Origin: Thermodesulfobacteriota bacterium
GTDB lineage: Bacteria > Desulfobacterota > Desulfarculia > JACQYL01
Assembly (NCBI GenBank): GCA_963675595.2
Contig: CAXXLZ010000002.1
Location: forward strand, 4,000,001 to 4,064,000
DNA: 64,000 nucleotides
Direction: 5' to 3'
This document shows, piece by piece, positions 10,343 through 19,818 of this stretch (position 1 is the stretch's first letter; every line of letters starts with the position of its first letter). The notes beneath the pieces were generated by a model. The model was not told where the DNA came from and did no database searches. It saw only the letters and a program-made list of their open reading frames with translations. The position numbers and the translations under genes are program-made.

Positions 10343-10947
10343 GATCGGAGCCTCTTTTCGTCCTGGCTTCCGGCTCACCCCGGCGCAAAGAGCTCTTGGC
10401 GCGCATGGGCTTCGATTTTGAAGTGCACCCCGCCGAATGCGATGAGAGACCGCGTTCCGGAGAACCTGCGGAGGACTACGCAAGGCGGATGGCCAAGGAA
10501 AAGGCGGAAGCGGTTACTTCGCTTCTGCCTTCTCGCTGGGTGTTGGCCGCGGACACCGTGGTGGTGGTGGACGGTGCGATCCTCGGAAAACCCGGAGACG
10601 AGAATGAAGCGGCGGCCATGATCGCGACGCTGGCGGGAAAGACTCACTCGGTAATCACTTCCTACTGCTGGTCTCATGGACGCCGTGGAACGGTTCGCGT
10701 GTGTTCCGTGAAGAGCCTTGTAGAGTTCAAGCCCTTGGATTCGGGCGAAATAGGACGCTATGTGGATACCGGCGAACCCATGGACAAAGCCGGCGCTTAC
10801 GCGGTGCAGGGTCTGGGGGCATTCATGGTAAGGGCGGTCCACGGCTCCTACAGCAATGTCGTTGGTCTGCCTTTGTGCGAGGTGATCGACACTATGGTGG
10901 AACTGGGCGTCATACCCGAGTTCCCTGTTTCTTTCGATCGGAAATAG
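10333..10947 (+). CDS. maf: Maf-family nucleoside triphosphate pyrophosphatase
   Basis: LASGSPRRKELL, LAADTVV, LGKP, EPMDKAGAY, NVVGLP. Confidence 0.95.
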   Translation: MGVRSEPLFVLASGSPRRKELLARMGFDFEVHPAECDERPRSGEPAEDYARRMAKEKAEAVTSLLPSRWVLAADTVVVVDGAILGKPGDENEAAAMIATLAGKTHSVITSYCWSHGRRGTVRVCSVKSLVEFKPLDSGEIGRYVDTGEPMDKAGAYAVQGLGAFMVRAVHGSYSNVVGLPLCEVIDTMVELGVIPEFPVSFDRK

Positions 10948-11019
10948 AGCCTTTTCGGCCCCCCCGACTTTTGCCGATTTCGAGTAACCCTCGGCCGGGC
11001 GGCGGGGCTTGGAGTGTGC

Positions 11020-11712
11020 ATGTCTTCCATCGCGGACAACCTGCGGCTAGTGATGGACCGGATCGCGAGAGCCGCTTCAAAATCCGGACGCGCGCCCGAG
11101 GCGGTCCGACTTGTGGCAGTGAGTAAGACCGTTTCTCCCGAGCGGATTCAAGAGGCCGTGAACGCCGGGGTCCAAATACTGGGGGAGAACTATCTACAAG
11201 AAGCCCAGGAGAAAATGCCGAAGGTGTCCGGTCCCGTATGCTGGCATTTCATCGGACATCTTCAGTCCAGGAAGGCCAAAGACGTGGTTCGCGATTTTGA
11301 TCTGATTCATTCGGTGGACAGCGTCAAACTCGCTCGCGAAATCGACCGGCGGGCCGAGGCTCTCGGTAAGACCATGGATATCCTGGTTCAGGTCAACGTG
11401 TCCGGAGAGGAATCCAAGTTCGGCTTGGACCCTGAGGATATCGAACCCTTCCTGGACCAAGCCCGGGGGCTGGAGCACGTTGTGATATCGGGTCTAATGA
11501 CCATGCCGCCCTTTTTCGACCAGCCCGATCGTGTCCGGCCGTATTTCGCGAAATTAAGGGAACTTTCTCGGCGAGCGGCGGACCGTAACCGGGAGGGCAA
11601 CATCCGCCTCACGGAGCTGTCCATGGGGATGAGCGGTGACTTTGAAGCCGCTGTTGAAGAAGGAGCCACATTGGTTCGAGTGGGAACCCTGTTGTTCGGC
11701 TCCAGAACCTGA
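11020..11712 (+). CDS. yggS: Pyridoxal phosphate homeostasis protein (YggS family)
   Basis: LVAVSKT, GENYLQE, WHFIGHLQ, LSMGMSGDF, VRVGTLLFG. Confidence 0.96.
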   Translation: MSSIADNLRLVMDRIARAASKSGRAPEAVRLVAVSKTVSPERIQEAVNAGVQILGENYLQEAQEKMPKVSGPVCWHFIGHLQSRKAKDVVRDFDLIHSVDSVKLAREIDRRAEALGKTMDILVQVNVSGEESKFGLDPEDIEPFLDQARGLEHVVISGLMTMPPFFDQPDRVRPYFAKLRELSRRAADRNREGNIRLTELSMGMSGDFEAAVEEGATLVRVGTLLFGSRT

Positions 11713-11733
11713 CATGGATATCGAGCACCAACC

Positions 11734-14700
11734 ATGACGAACAAACGAGAGCTTAGGGCGTATCTCCTATCTCACGGGGATATCCCCGACGATTTGGTTG
11801 ACGAGCACCTGTCTCGATTGGGCGCTCGTTACTTCGAGAGATTTACTGAAGTCGAGATTCGGAGCCATTTGTTGGGGTTATCCGATCTGACTCCGGACAA
11901 ACCGGGTGAAGTCCTGGTAAGGCGTCTCGGGGACGGCAGGACGGACTGCACGGTGCTCGGATTTGATTATCCTCACCTTTTCTCTCTCCTGACCGGCATC
12001 CTGGCGGCGCTGGGCTTTAATATACTGATCGGAGACGTGTTCACCTACCTGCCGGCGGCATCGCATCCTTCTCCTTCACAACGTGGCCCCCAGCGGAGAA
12101 GGCTTTCTCCGGATCCTTTGAAACGGCGTCGCATCGTGGATTATTTTTCCGGAGAGGCGGCGTCCTCCGTGCCCTTTGAAGTCTGGTCGGATCAGCTTTC
12201 CGGAACCGTGGTGGAGGTGCTGAAGCTGTTGGAGGCGGGAGACGACGACTCCGCGGCACGAGCCAAGCGGACGGTCAACGAGATGGTGGTCCGGATGTTG
12301 GCCGGTCGAAAATTCAGTTCGAAGCCTATTCTGTATCCCGTACAGATCGACATCGACAACAGCGATCCGGCGGTGACTTCCTTGAAAGTGATTTCGCAGG
12401 ATACCGTGGCATTTCTCTATACCTTGTCGAGCGCGCTTTCCCTTCATCGGATTTCCATCGAAAGCGTACGGATACGGACTCTCGAAGGTCGAGTGGAGGA
12501 CGAAATCGACTTCGTGGATTCTCGAGGTGATAAAATCGAGGATCCTGGAATTCTCAGCCAGATCCAACTTTCCGTGGTGCTCACCAAGCAGTTCACCTAT
12601 TTCCTGGAATCCGCTCCCGATCCTTACGCCGCTCTTAGCCGTTTCGGCCGCCTGGCTGAAGAGGTGCTCCTCATGTCCAAAGAAGGACAATGGGTCCAGC
12701 TGCTGTCCAATCCAACGATCCTGAAAGAGCTGGCAAGGCTGCTGGGAGCGAGCGATTATCTCTGGGAAGATTTCATTCGACGCCACTACGAAGTGGTCTT
12801 GCCCATGTTGGAGCAGGATGGGAAGGATCAGGATTTCAGTACTCCGGCCGAGCTGCTCGGACGCAGTATGGATGAGGCTCTACGGGGTGCGATTGAGCCG
12901 GCGGAACAGCGACGCCGACTGAATGAATTCAAGGATCGAGAGATCTTTCTGATCGACCTCGATCATATCAGGGGAAGGCTGGACTACCGTTCTTTCGCCG
13001 AAAAGCTGACCGTGTTGGCGGAACAGGTCATCGGCACCGCCGCACGCCTCGCCTATGGGCATTTGGCCCGACGGCACGGCATTCCGAGAACTGTCGGAGG
13101 CATGGAGGCCCAATTTTCCGTCCTCGGTTTGGGAAAGCTCGGAGGGGCCGCTCTGGGATATGCGTCGGACGTGGAATTGTTGTTCGTTTACAGCGACAAC
13201 GGGGCCACGGATGGAGAGTCCCCTCTCGATAATGCCGAGTTCTTTGATCGATTGGCCAAGGGGGTGGTTCAAATCATCGAGGCCAAGCAACAAGGAATTT
13301 TTCACATCGACCTCCGACTCCGACCTTACGGGAACCAGAGCCCTTTGGCCTGCAGCCTGGAGAATTTCTATCGCTATTACGTCAAAGACGGGCCGGCCCA
13401 CTCCTATGAGCGATTGGCCCTGGTACGCCTACGGACCGTGGCGGGCAACGCGGCGCTGGGGGCGCGAGTGGAACGCTTGCGTGACGAGATCGTCTACAGT
13501 TCGGCCGCCATCGACTTCGATGAACTTCGTGAGTTGAGGAAGAAGCAATTCGAGAGCAAAAGCTCCGGGGAACAGCTTAACGCGAAGTTTTGCCCGGGCG
13601 GATTGGTGGATTTGGAGTATGACGTACAGATGCTTCAAGTCATGTACGGCGGAGGAGTGTCCGAACTGCGAACTCCAAGAGTTCACCAAGCGTTGCTGGT
13701 CCTCGCGGACTTGGAGATTTTGGCCCCCCAGGAGGCCAAAGGGTTGATCGAGGCGTATGGATTCCTTCGGGAACTGATCAACGGTCTGCGGATGCTTCGC
13801 GGGTCCGCCGAAGACTTGCTGCTTCCCCCCACGGACTCACAGGAATTCGCACACCTTGCCCGGCGAATGGGTTATCGCCGAGGCGGCGCCTTGGATGCCG
13901 CCGAAGAGCTTCGTCTGGACTTTGAAACCCACACGGCCGCGGTGCGAGCGTTCGCTGAGAAGCATTTCGGTCGGGATTCCTTGCCTCGTCCCCACGCGGG
14001 GAGCGTTGCGGATCTCGTGCTTTCGGCCGATCCCGCCGAGGAACTTCGAAACCGGGTTCTTACGGAAGCCGGTTTCTCCAATCCCGGTCGGGCTTACGTG
14101 AATTTGCGAAGCTTGGCGGGAGAGGGAGGCAGCCGAAAGAACGCGTTCGCTCGCTTGGCCGTGCTGGCCGTAGACATTTTGCGAAACACTCCGGATCCGG
14201 ACATGGCTCTCAATAACCTCGAGCGTTATATCCGTATTGTGGCCAGTGCCGAATCTCGTTTCAATACGTTGTTGTCGCAACCCATGCGTCTTGAAATCCT
14301 CCTGGGAATCTTTTCCGCGAGTCAGTTCTTGGCGGATACCGTAATCCGGCATCCGGGGTTCATGGACTGGGTCACCGTGCCGGAGAACCTTTACGAAACC
14401 CGAAAACGCAATGAAATGGAGGAGGAACTTCGCTCCTTTACTTTGAGCGGCGCGGGCCGAAAAGAATGGCTTAAGGAGGTTCGGCGGTTCCGAAGGAGAG
14501 AGATTCTGCGTATCGGGACGAGAGATATGGTCCTCGGCGTGGTGACTCCGGTGGTCACTCACGAACTTTCCATTCTCGCAGAAGCCCTGGTAAAGGAGTG
14601 CCTCTCCTGGATATGGAGGGAAACCGCAGAGGAAGCCGGCAGGGCAGATGACTTGTGTGTGCTGGAGAACCGTCTGTGCATTGTGGCCATGGGAAAACTG

Positions 14701-15522
14701 GGTGGGGACGAGCTGAATTATAGTTCGGATATTGATCTGATCGCCTTCTTTGATGATTCCACCGGAATCGGACCCAACGACAAGAAGCTGTACTCCGGAG
14801 TGGTTGAACGTCTGAGAGCCGACCTCTCGGACCATACTGAGGAAGGCTACGCCTATCGGGTGGATTTTCGGTTAAGGCCCTATGGGAGGGCCGGTGAACT
14901 GGTGCCGTCGCTCTCCAGCTTGGTGGACTACTATCTCAACAAAGCATCGGCATGGGAGGTGCAAGCCCTTCTAAAGGCCCGTCCCGTGGCCGGCAATGCC
15001 GCACTCGGAGAAGACCTGATGGCTAGGCTTAAACCGGTTCTTCTCCAGGAGAGGAACCGGGAGTCCGTAGTGGGTTCCATCGAAAAAATGCGGCGGGCCG
15101 CCATAAAGCAATCGGCGGGCTTCATGGGAGGAGGCATCGACGTCAAGACCGCCGCCGGAGGAATTCGGGATATCGAGTTCCTGGTCCAGGGGCTGCAACT
15201 GCTGTACGCTTCGGAAAGGCCCGGCATTCTCACCGGGAACACGCTTCGAGGACTCGACGCCTTGGTGGACGCCGGGTTGTTGCCCCCTGAACAGGGGGCC
15301 CGTCTTGAAGGCGGTTATGTGTTTCTCAGAAGGGTCGAACACTGTCTTCAAATTATGGAAGATCTTCAGGTCCATGACGTACCGAATGAGCGGGAAGCAT
15401 TGGAACCCCTGGCAAAAAGAGTCTTGGGCAAAGATTGCACGGCGGAGGCTTTCCTGGAAACATTGCACGCCTGTATGGAAGAAGTCCGGGAATCCTATAT
15501 TGAAATCTTGGTGGAGGGATGA
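11734..15522 (+). CDS. glnE: Glutamine synthetase adenylyltransferase/deadenylase (GlnE family) with N-terminal ACT-like domains
   Basis: Two nucleotidyltransferase domains (GLGKLGGAALGYASDVE; AMGKLGGDELNYSSDID), each with D.RLRPYG; 1262 aa. Confidence 0.88.
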   Translation: MTNKRELRAYLLSHGDIPDDLVDEHLSRLGARYFERFTEVEIRSHLLGLSDLTPDKPGEVLVRRLGDGRTDCTVLGFDYPHLFSLLTGILAALGFNILIGDVFTYLPAASHPSPSQRGPQRRRLSPDPLKRRRIVDYFSGEAASSVPFEVWSDQLSGTVVEVLKLLEAGDDDSAARAKRTVNEMVVRMLAGRKFSSKPILYPVQIDIDNSDPAVTSLKVISQDTVAFLYTLSSALSLHRISIESVRIRTLEGRVEDEIDFVDSRGDKIEDPGILSQIQLSVVLTKQFTYFLESAPDPYAALSRFGRLAEEVLLMSKEGQWVQLLSNPTILKELARLLGASDYLWEDFIRRHYEVVLPMLEQDGKDQDFSTPAELLGRSMDEALRGAIEPAEQRRRLNEFKDREIFLIDLDHIRGRLDYRSFAEKLTVLAEQVIGTAARLAYGHLARRHGIPRTVGGMEAQFSVLGLGKLGGAALGYASDVELLFVYSDNGATDGESPLDNAEFFDRLAKGVVQIIEAKQQGIFHIDLRLRPYGNQSPLACSLENFYRYYVKDGPAHSYERLALVRLRTVAGNAALGARVERLRDEIVYSSAAIDFDELRELRKKQFESKSSGEQLNAKFCPGGLVDLEYDVQMLQVMYGGGVSELRTPRVHQALLVLADLEILAPQEAKGLIEAYGFLRELINGLRMLRGSAEDLLLPPTDSQEFAHLARRMGYRRGGALDAAEELRLDFETHTAAVRAFAEKHFGRDSLPRPHAGSVADLVLSADPAEELRNRVLTEAGFSNPGRAYVNLRSLAGEGGSRKNAFARLAVLAVDILRNTPDPDMALNNLERYIRIVASAESRFNTLLSQPMRLEILLGIFSASQFLADTVIRHPGFMDWVTVPENLYETRKRNEMEEELRSFTLSGAGRKEWLKEVRRFRRREILRIGTRDMVLGVVTPVVTHELSILAEALVKECLSWIWRETAEEAGRADDLCVLENRLCIVAMGKLGGDELNYSSDIDLIAFFDDSTGIGPNDKKLYSGVVERLRADLSDHTEEGYAYRVDFRLRPYGRAGELVPSLSSLVDYYLNKASAWEVQALLKARPVAGNAALGEDLMARLKPVLLQERNRESVVGSIEKMRRAAIKQSAGFMGGGIDVKTAAGGIRDIEFLVQGLQLLYASERPGILTGNTLRGLDALVDAGLLPPEQGARLEGGYVFLRRVEHCLQIMEDLQVHDVPNEREALEPLAKRVLGKDCTAEAFLETLHACMEEVRESYIEILVEG

Positions 15523-15595
15523 CGTGCGGCCGAGAATCTCCCGCCCCGGTGTGGTTTGAGCCTTTCAGGAGTCCGTGAGACGCCGGGAACCGGCG

Positions 15596-16420
15596 TCATT
15601 CCCCTTGTTCCCTTTCGCTGTAAAGAGTGTCGTACAGCAGTTCCGCCATATCCACGATCCTGGGTCCCGTCCTACACGTGAGATTGCAGGGGAACTGGTG
15701 AACCTTTCCCGACTCCACCGCCCGGAGGCGGTTCCAAAGGGGATGGGAGAGGATCATGTCGAGAAACCGCTTGTCCGTGCCGCAGAAGAAGAACATTTCC
15801 GGATTCAATTCGGCGAAGCGTTGGAAGGAGATGCGGGGATACGCTTCCGTGGTCCCGCCGGTGACGTTTCGTCCGCCTCCTCGGGTAATCACGTCGTACT
15901 GAAAAGATCCCGGACCTGCAACGATCAGCTCTTCACCGTCCCATTCCAGCACCCGGGCCACAGTGGTGCGCTTTTCGGGCGGGATTCGGCTTACCTTTCC
16001 ATCCAGTACCGAAAGCCTCGATCGAAGCCCTGCGATGAGCCGTTCGATGTCCTTTTCGGCTTCGAGGAGTCTTGCCGTGTGCTTCATATCCTCGAAAACC
16101 TCATCCATGGTACGGGAATCGTAAAGTACGACCCGGACGCCCCTGCGCTCCAGTTGGGGCGATAGTCGGGAATGAGCGCGTTTCAGACCGAACACCAGAT
16201 TGGCGCCGAGTTCTATTATCTTGTCGATATCCGGATCAAACCAGGAAGCCACATGAGGTTTTTCGGCGACGTTCGCCGGGAAATCGCAGCTGTCCGTGAC
16301 GCCCACGAGAACTTCATCCAGGCCGAGGGCATACAGAGTCTCCGTGATGGAGGGTGTCAATGAGACGATTCTGGTATTCTTGAGCGGGCTTCGCGGCATG
16401 ATCTGGTCCCGATGCTTCAA
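15596..16420 (-). CDS. BtuF/TroA-like helical-backbone metal or cobalamin binding protein
   Basis: RIVSLTPSITETLYALG...VGVTDSCDFP, LRAVESGKV, RTGPRI; no signal peptide. Confidence 0.8.
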   Translation of the reverse strand: MKHRDQIMPRSPLKNTRIVSLTPSITETLYALGLDEVLVGVTDSCDFPANVAEKPHVASWFDPDIDKIIELGANLVFGLKRAHSRLSPQLERRGVRVVLYDSRTMDEVFEDMKHTARLLEAEKDIERLIAGLRSRLSVLDGKVSRIPPEKRTTVARVLEWDGEELIVAGPGSFQYDVITRGGGRNVTGGTTEAYPRISFQRFAELNPEMFFFCGTDKRFLDMILSHPLWNRLRAVESGKVHQFPCNLTCRTGPRIVDMAELLYDTLYSEREQGE

Positions 16421-16709
16421 GTAAGAAATGAACGCTTGGCAGCCCCGCTTGACTCTCGGAGGCGATGTGGACTCTTTGGACTATTCCCGGGCACGGGAAA
16501 ACCGAGCGGGTTGCGGCGCCATGCACCGCATGGTTCGCCGATGAGTGTCTCACATCGGGGCTTTATTTGGAAGATTTTTTGTTAAGGATGGGCCGGGCTA
16601 TTTGCCCAATCAATGGAATGGCGAGTGTGGTTCAACGGGGTTGTCTATGGGCGAAGCGGTGACCCGCAGCCTTCGCGCGGGAGCATAAGAGTTGAATTCA
16701 CGAGCTTAT

Positions 16710-17546
16710 TTATTGCTCACGGCGGTTCCAGGCTTCCGTGCCGCCTTCAAAGTTGCGGGCTTGGGGCAGCCCCGCGAGTTCATGAACCAACCAGACGTAA
16801 CCGGAACGGACTCCGCCCGTGCAATAGTATACAACGGGCCGCTCCATAGAGACCCCTTCACGTTTCAGAAGGCTATGAGTGCGCCGGGGGTCGAGGGGAC
16901 GCCGCTCCGATCCGGTAAAGAACCCGGTCCAGGGGATGTGGATCGCTCCCGGAAGTCTGCTTCCCATGAACCATTCCAGCGTGGAGCGTGTATCCACCAA
17001 CGTCCAACGGGAAGGGTCTTCCGCTAATTCGGAAACGGATACCTCGACTTCGGGGCGCAACGACAAACGATACTCGGCCGCGGAACGTTGAGCGTCGGCT
17101 TTGCCGGTATCGAGAGGAAAACCTTGCTCTTTCCATGCCTGAATGCCGCCGTCCAGCAAACGCAAACGGCCCTGGTGGCCGAGAAGCGTGAGCACCCAGC
17201 AGGCCCAACCTTCGCCGCCCCAGCTCGAATCCGCGTCTCCGTAGACAACCAGGGAATCGGACTCGGAAATTCCCATTTCGCCCAGGAGCTCGGCGAGCCG
17301 CTCGGGTGCCGGCGTCCGATATCGAACGCCTCGATCGTCGGTGTTGGTGATGTCGCCCCAATGGAAACTAAGGGCTCCGGGAAGCCTGCGCTCCTCCCAT
17401 CGGTCCCGTGGACGGGCATCCAGCAGAGTCCACTGGCTTAGGGACGCCCGAAGGGCGTTCGGGTCGATCAGTTCCAAATCAAACTCCGCTCCAAAAGAAG
17501 GCATCACATAATTCAACAGAAAGAGCGCGCAAAGAACCCCTCCCAA
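16710..17546 (-). CDS. Tandem-domain rhodanese / sulfurtransferase
   Basis: LLDARP, RLPGA, LLDGG, VDTR, YYCTGGVRS active site, FEGG..AW. Start uncertain (TTG 17546 or ATG 17504). Confidence 0.85.
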   Translation of the reverse strand: MGGVLCALFLLNYVMPSFGAEFDLELIDPNALRASLSQWTLLDARPRDRWEERRLPGALSFHWGDITNTDDRGVRYRTPAPERLAELLGEMGISESDSLVVYGDADSSWGGEGWACWVLTLLGHQGRLRLLDGGIQAWKEQGFPLDTGKADAQRSAAEYRLSLRPEVEVSVSELAEDPSRWTLVDTRSTLEWFMGSRLPGAIHIPWTGFFTGSERRPLDPRRTHSLLKREGVSMERPVVYYCTGGVRSGYVWLVHELAGLPQARNFEGGTEAWNRREQ

Positions 17547-17629
17547 GAGACGGATTTTGTGCCGGAGTCGAGAGAAATGGAAATGTCTTTGCTTCGATCC
17601 GGTATGAGGAACGCTTTTCGGAGCGCCCT

Positions 17630-18271
17630 CTACTGTATGGAAACGACGCAACGTATACTTCCTCTCATGCCCAAACGACCCAAGGGGAAGACCAGTTCTT
17701 CTCCGTCGAACGAGCCCGGAGGGATGCTCAGGGCCACGGTATGGATCCCGCGGCGAATGCCCCGGCCGCCGCAGTCGGAGCAAACACCGAAGAAGTCGTA
17801 TCCGCGGCCGCCACATGTTCCGCAAAGAGCCTCGATGGGGACATCCAGGTTTACCCGGGTGCCTCTTTGTGCCTGCGCGGGAGTGAGAACCACCTCGGCA
17901 TAGAGGTCTCGGCCGTGTGCGTGGCGTGTTTCATGGGGAAAACCGCGTCCGTTGAGAAGCGCCTCAATGAAGCTCGCAAGAGACATGTGCCCTTCGAAAA
18001 AAGATTCCGCTCTTCCGCCGTAGGCCGGACGCCGCGGAGGGACGGCATTACGGGGTCTGCGAGCGGCTTCCATCTCGCGGTCGTATCTACGTCGACCGGC
18101 GGGGTCGCCGAGCACTTCGTAGGCTTCCTGCACTTCGATGAACTGCTCGACGGAAGCATGCTCGTTGAGATCCGGATGGGTCCGCAGCACGGCTCGGCGG
18201 TGCGCCCGCCTGATGCAGGCTTGATCCGAGTCTCTCGTGATTCCCAAGATGGCGTAGTAATCTTTTTTCAA
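17630..18271 (-). CDS. Short DnaJ-class co-chaperone (J domain plus two CxxCxGxG repeats)
   Basis: KDYYAILG, HPD, EAYEVLGDP..RRRYD, CGTCGGRG, CSDCGGRG. Confidence 0.85.
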   Translation of the reverse strand: MKKDYYAILGITRDSDQACIRRAHRRAVLRTHPDLNEHASVEQFIEVQEAYEVLGDPAGRRRYDREMEAARRPRNAVPPRRPAYGGRAESFFEGHMSLASFIEALLNGRGFPHETRHAHGRDLYAEVVLTPAQAQRGTRVNLDVPIEALCGTCGGRGYDFFGVCSDCGGRGIRRGIHTVALSIPPGSFDGEELVFPLGRLGMRGSIRCVVSIQ

Positions 18272-18399
18272 GGTCTTTCGACTCTTCGGGATCGCCTTAG
18301 GTCCCGACTGCTTGGGGGCTGCGGTGGATGAAAAATGTTCCGGTAAGCCCTTTTTTGAAGAGGATCCCGCCCATTCTATCCCAATGGGAGATCCGACGC

Positions 18400-18437
18400 A
18401 AAAAAAGGTCGGGGCGGGCGTCTAAGACGCCGCCCCC
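18400..18437 (-). terminator. Intrinsic terminator after citrate synthase
   Basis: GGGGCGGCGTC-TTA-GACGCCCGCCCC hairpin, then GACC and a T7 run on the minus strand. Confidence 0.75.
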
Positions 18438-18465
18438 ATAGTGATTCCGGGAAACTGAGTCCGCG

Positions 18466-19818
18466 TTACAGGGCGATTTCCGAGATGCGTCTGGGAATGC
18501 GGAAGGCATTGACGTCTTCAGGGTCTTCCACACGGTCTTCAAGGGGTATGTAGGTGGTGAGCCCTCGACCTTCGTAGACTTGTCTCGGTCGATAGATTTT
18601 CCAGTTGGGATCGTCCGCGCCTTCCTTCCATTGAGCAATCCATCCCGGAAGGCGACCGATGGCGAACATGACCGTAAACATATTTGTTGGAATTCCAATG
18701 GCGCGCAAGACGATGCCGCTGTAGAAATCCACGTTGGGATAAAGCTGGTGGTCGACGAAGTAGGGGTCTTCCAGAGCGGTTTCCTCGAGCTGAAGGGCGA
18801 TGTCCAATAATGGGTCTTTGATATGCTTTTTCGCCAGGATCTTGTCGCACATCTTCTTCATCACTTTGGCGCGCGGGTCGTAAGTCTTGTAGATACGGTG
18901 TCCGAAACCCATGAGTCGGAACGGATCCGACCGGTCTTTGGCTCGTTTGATAAACGGCTGGATGTCGCCGCCGTTTTCGTCGATTTCGGTAAGCATCTTA
19001 ATGACGGCCTGATTCGCGCCACCGTGGAGCGGACCCCAAAGAGCGTTAATACCCGCCGCTATGGCTGCGTAAAGGTTGACGCGTGCGCTGCCGACGAGTC
19101 GGACCGCAGTGGTGGAGCAATTCTGACTGTGATCCCCGTGAAGTATCCAGAACGCATTCAATGCTTTGACGATGTCTTCGTCCACGTTATAGTGCTTTAC
19201 CGGCGTATGGAACATCATGTTCAAGAAATTGGCGCAGTAGCTCAGATCCGGTCTGGGATACACGACCTTGTGGCCGCGAGATATCTTGTAGGACATGGCG
19301 GCCATGGTGCGCACTTTGGACAGAAGCCGCGTGAGGGTGATGTTGATCTGTTCCTCTTCCGAGAGTCCCTCCAGCTCCGGGTAAAAGGCCATGAGGTTGT
19401 TTACCATGGAAGACAGAATTCCCATGGGATGGGAATGATGTGGAAAATTTTGGTAAAAAACCTGCATGTTTTCGTGGACCAAGGAATGGTCGTTCAACAG
19501 CATTCGAAAATTGTTCAGCTGGGGCAGCGTCGGAAGCACTCCGTTGATCAACAGGTAGGCCGTCTCGACAAACGTGGATTTTTCGGCGAGTTCCTCCACG
19601 GGAATCCCGCGATACCGGAGGATACCGTTCTCACCGTCCACATATGAAATGCAGCTTTTGCAACTCGCGGTGTTGGCGAACCCCGGATCAATGGTCATGT
19701 ATCCGGTGAGTTGTCTGAGTTTTGTGATGTCAATGGCCTTTTCCCCTTCGGTACCGGTGATCACGGGGAGTTCAACGATTCTGTCGTCGGGCAAGGTAAG
19801 CTTCAACGTTTCTGACAT
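18466..19818 (-). CDS. gltA: Si-citrate synthase (type II-like)
   Basis: DPGFANTASC, GILRYRG, LWGPLHGGAN, LMGFGHRIYKTYDPRA, YPNVDFYSG. Confidence 0.95.
   Translation of the reverse strand: MSETLKLTLPDDRIVELPVITGTEGEKAIDITKLRQLTGYMTIDPGFANTASCKSCISYVDGENGILRYRGIPVEELAEKSTFVETAYLLINGVLPTLPQLNNFRMLLNDHSLVHENMQVFYQNFPHHSHPMGILSSMVNNLMAFYPELEGLSEEEQINITLTRLLSKVRTMAAMSYKISRGHKVVYPRPDLSYCANFLNMMFHTPVKHYNVDEDIVKALNAFWILHGDHSQNCSTTAVRLVGSARVNLYAAIAAGINALWGPLHGGANQAVIKMLTEIDENGGDIQPFIKRAKDRSDPFRLMGFGHRIYKTYDPRAKVMKKMCDKILAKKHIKDPLLDIALQLEETALEDPYFVDHQLYPNVDFYSGIVLRAIGIPTNMFTVMFAIGRLPGWIAQWKEGADDPNWKIYRPRQVYEGRGLTTYIPLEDRVEDPEDVNAFRIPRRISEIAL

Noticed and set aside
16421-16709. Possible cobalamin riboswitch upstream of the BtuF-like gene
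   Set aside because: Only short hairpins; no B12-box, GCCACTG or AGxCxGxAGACC-type conserved motifs seen
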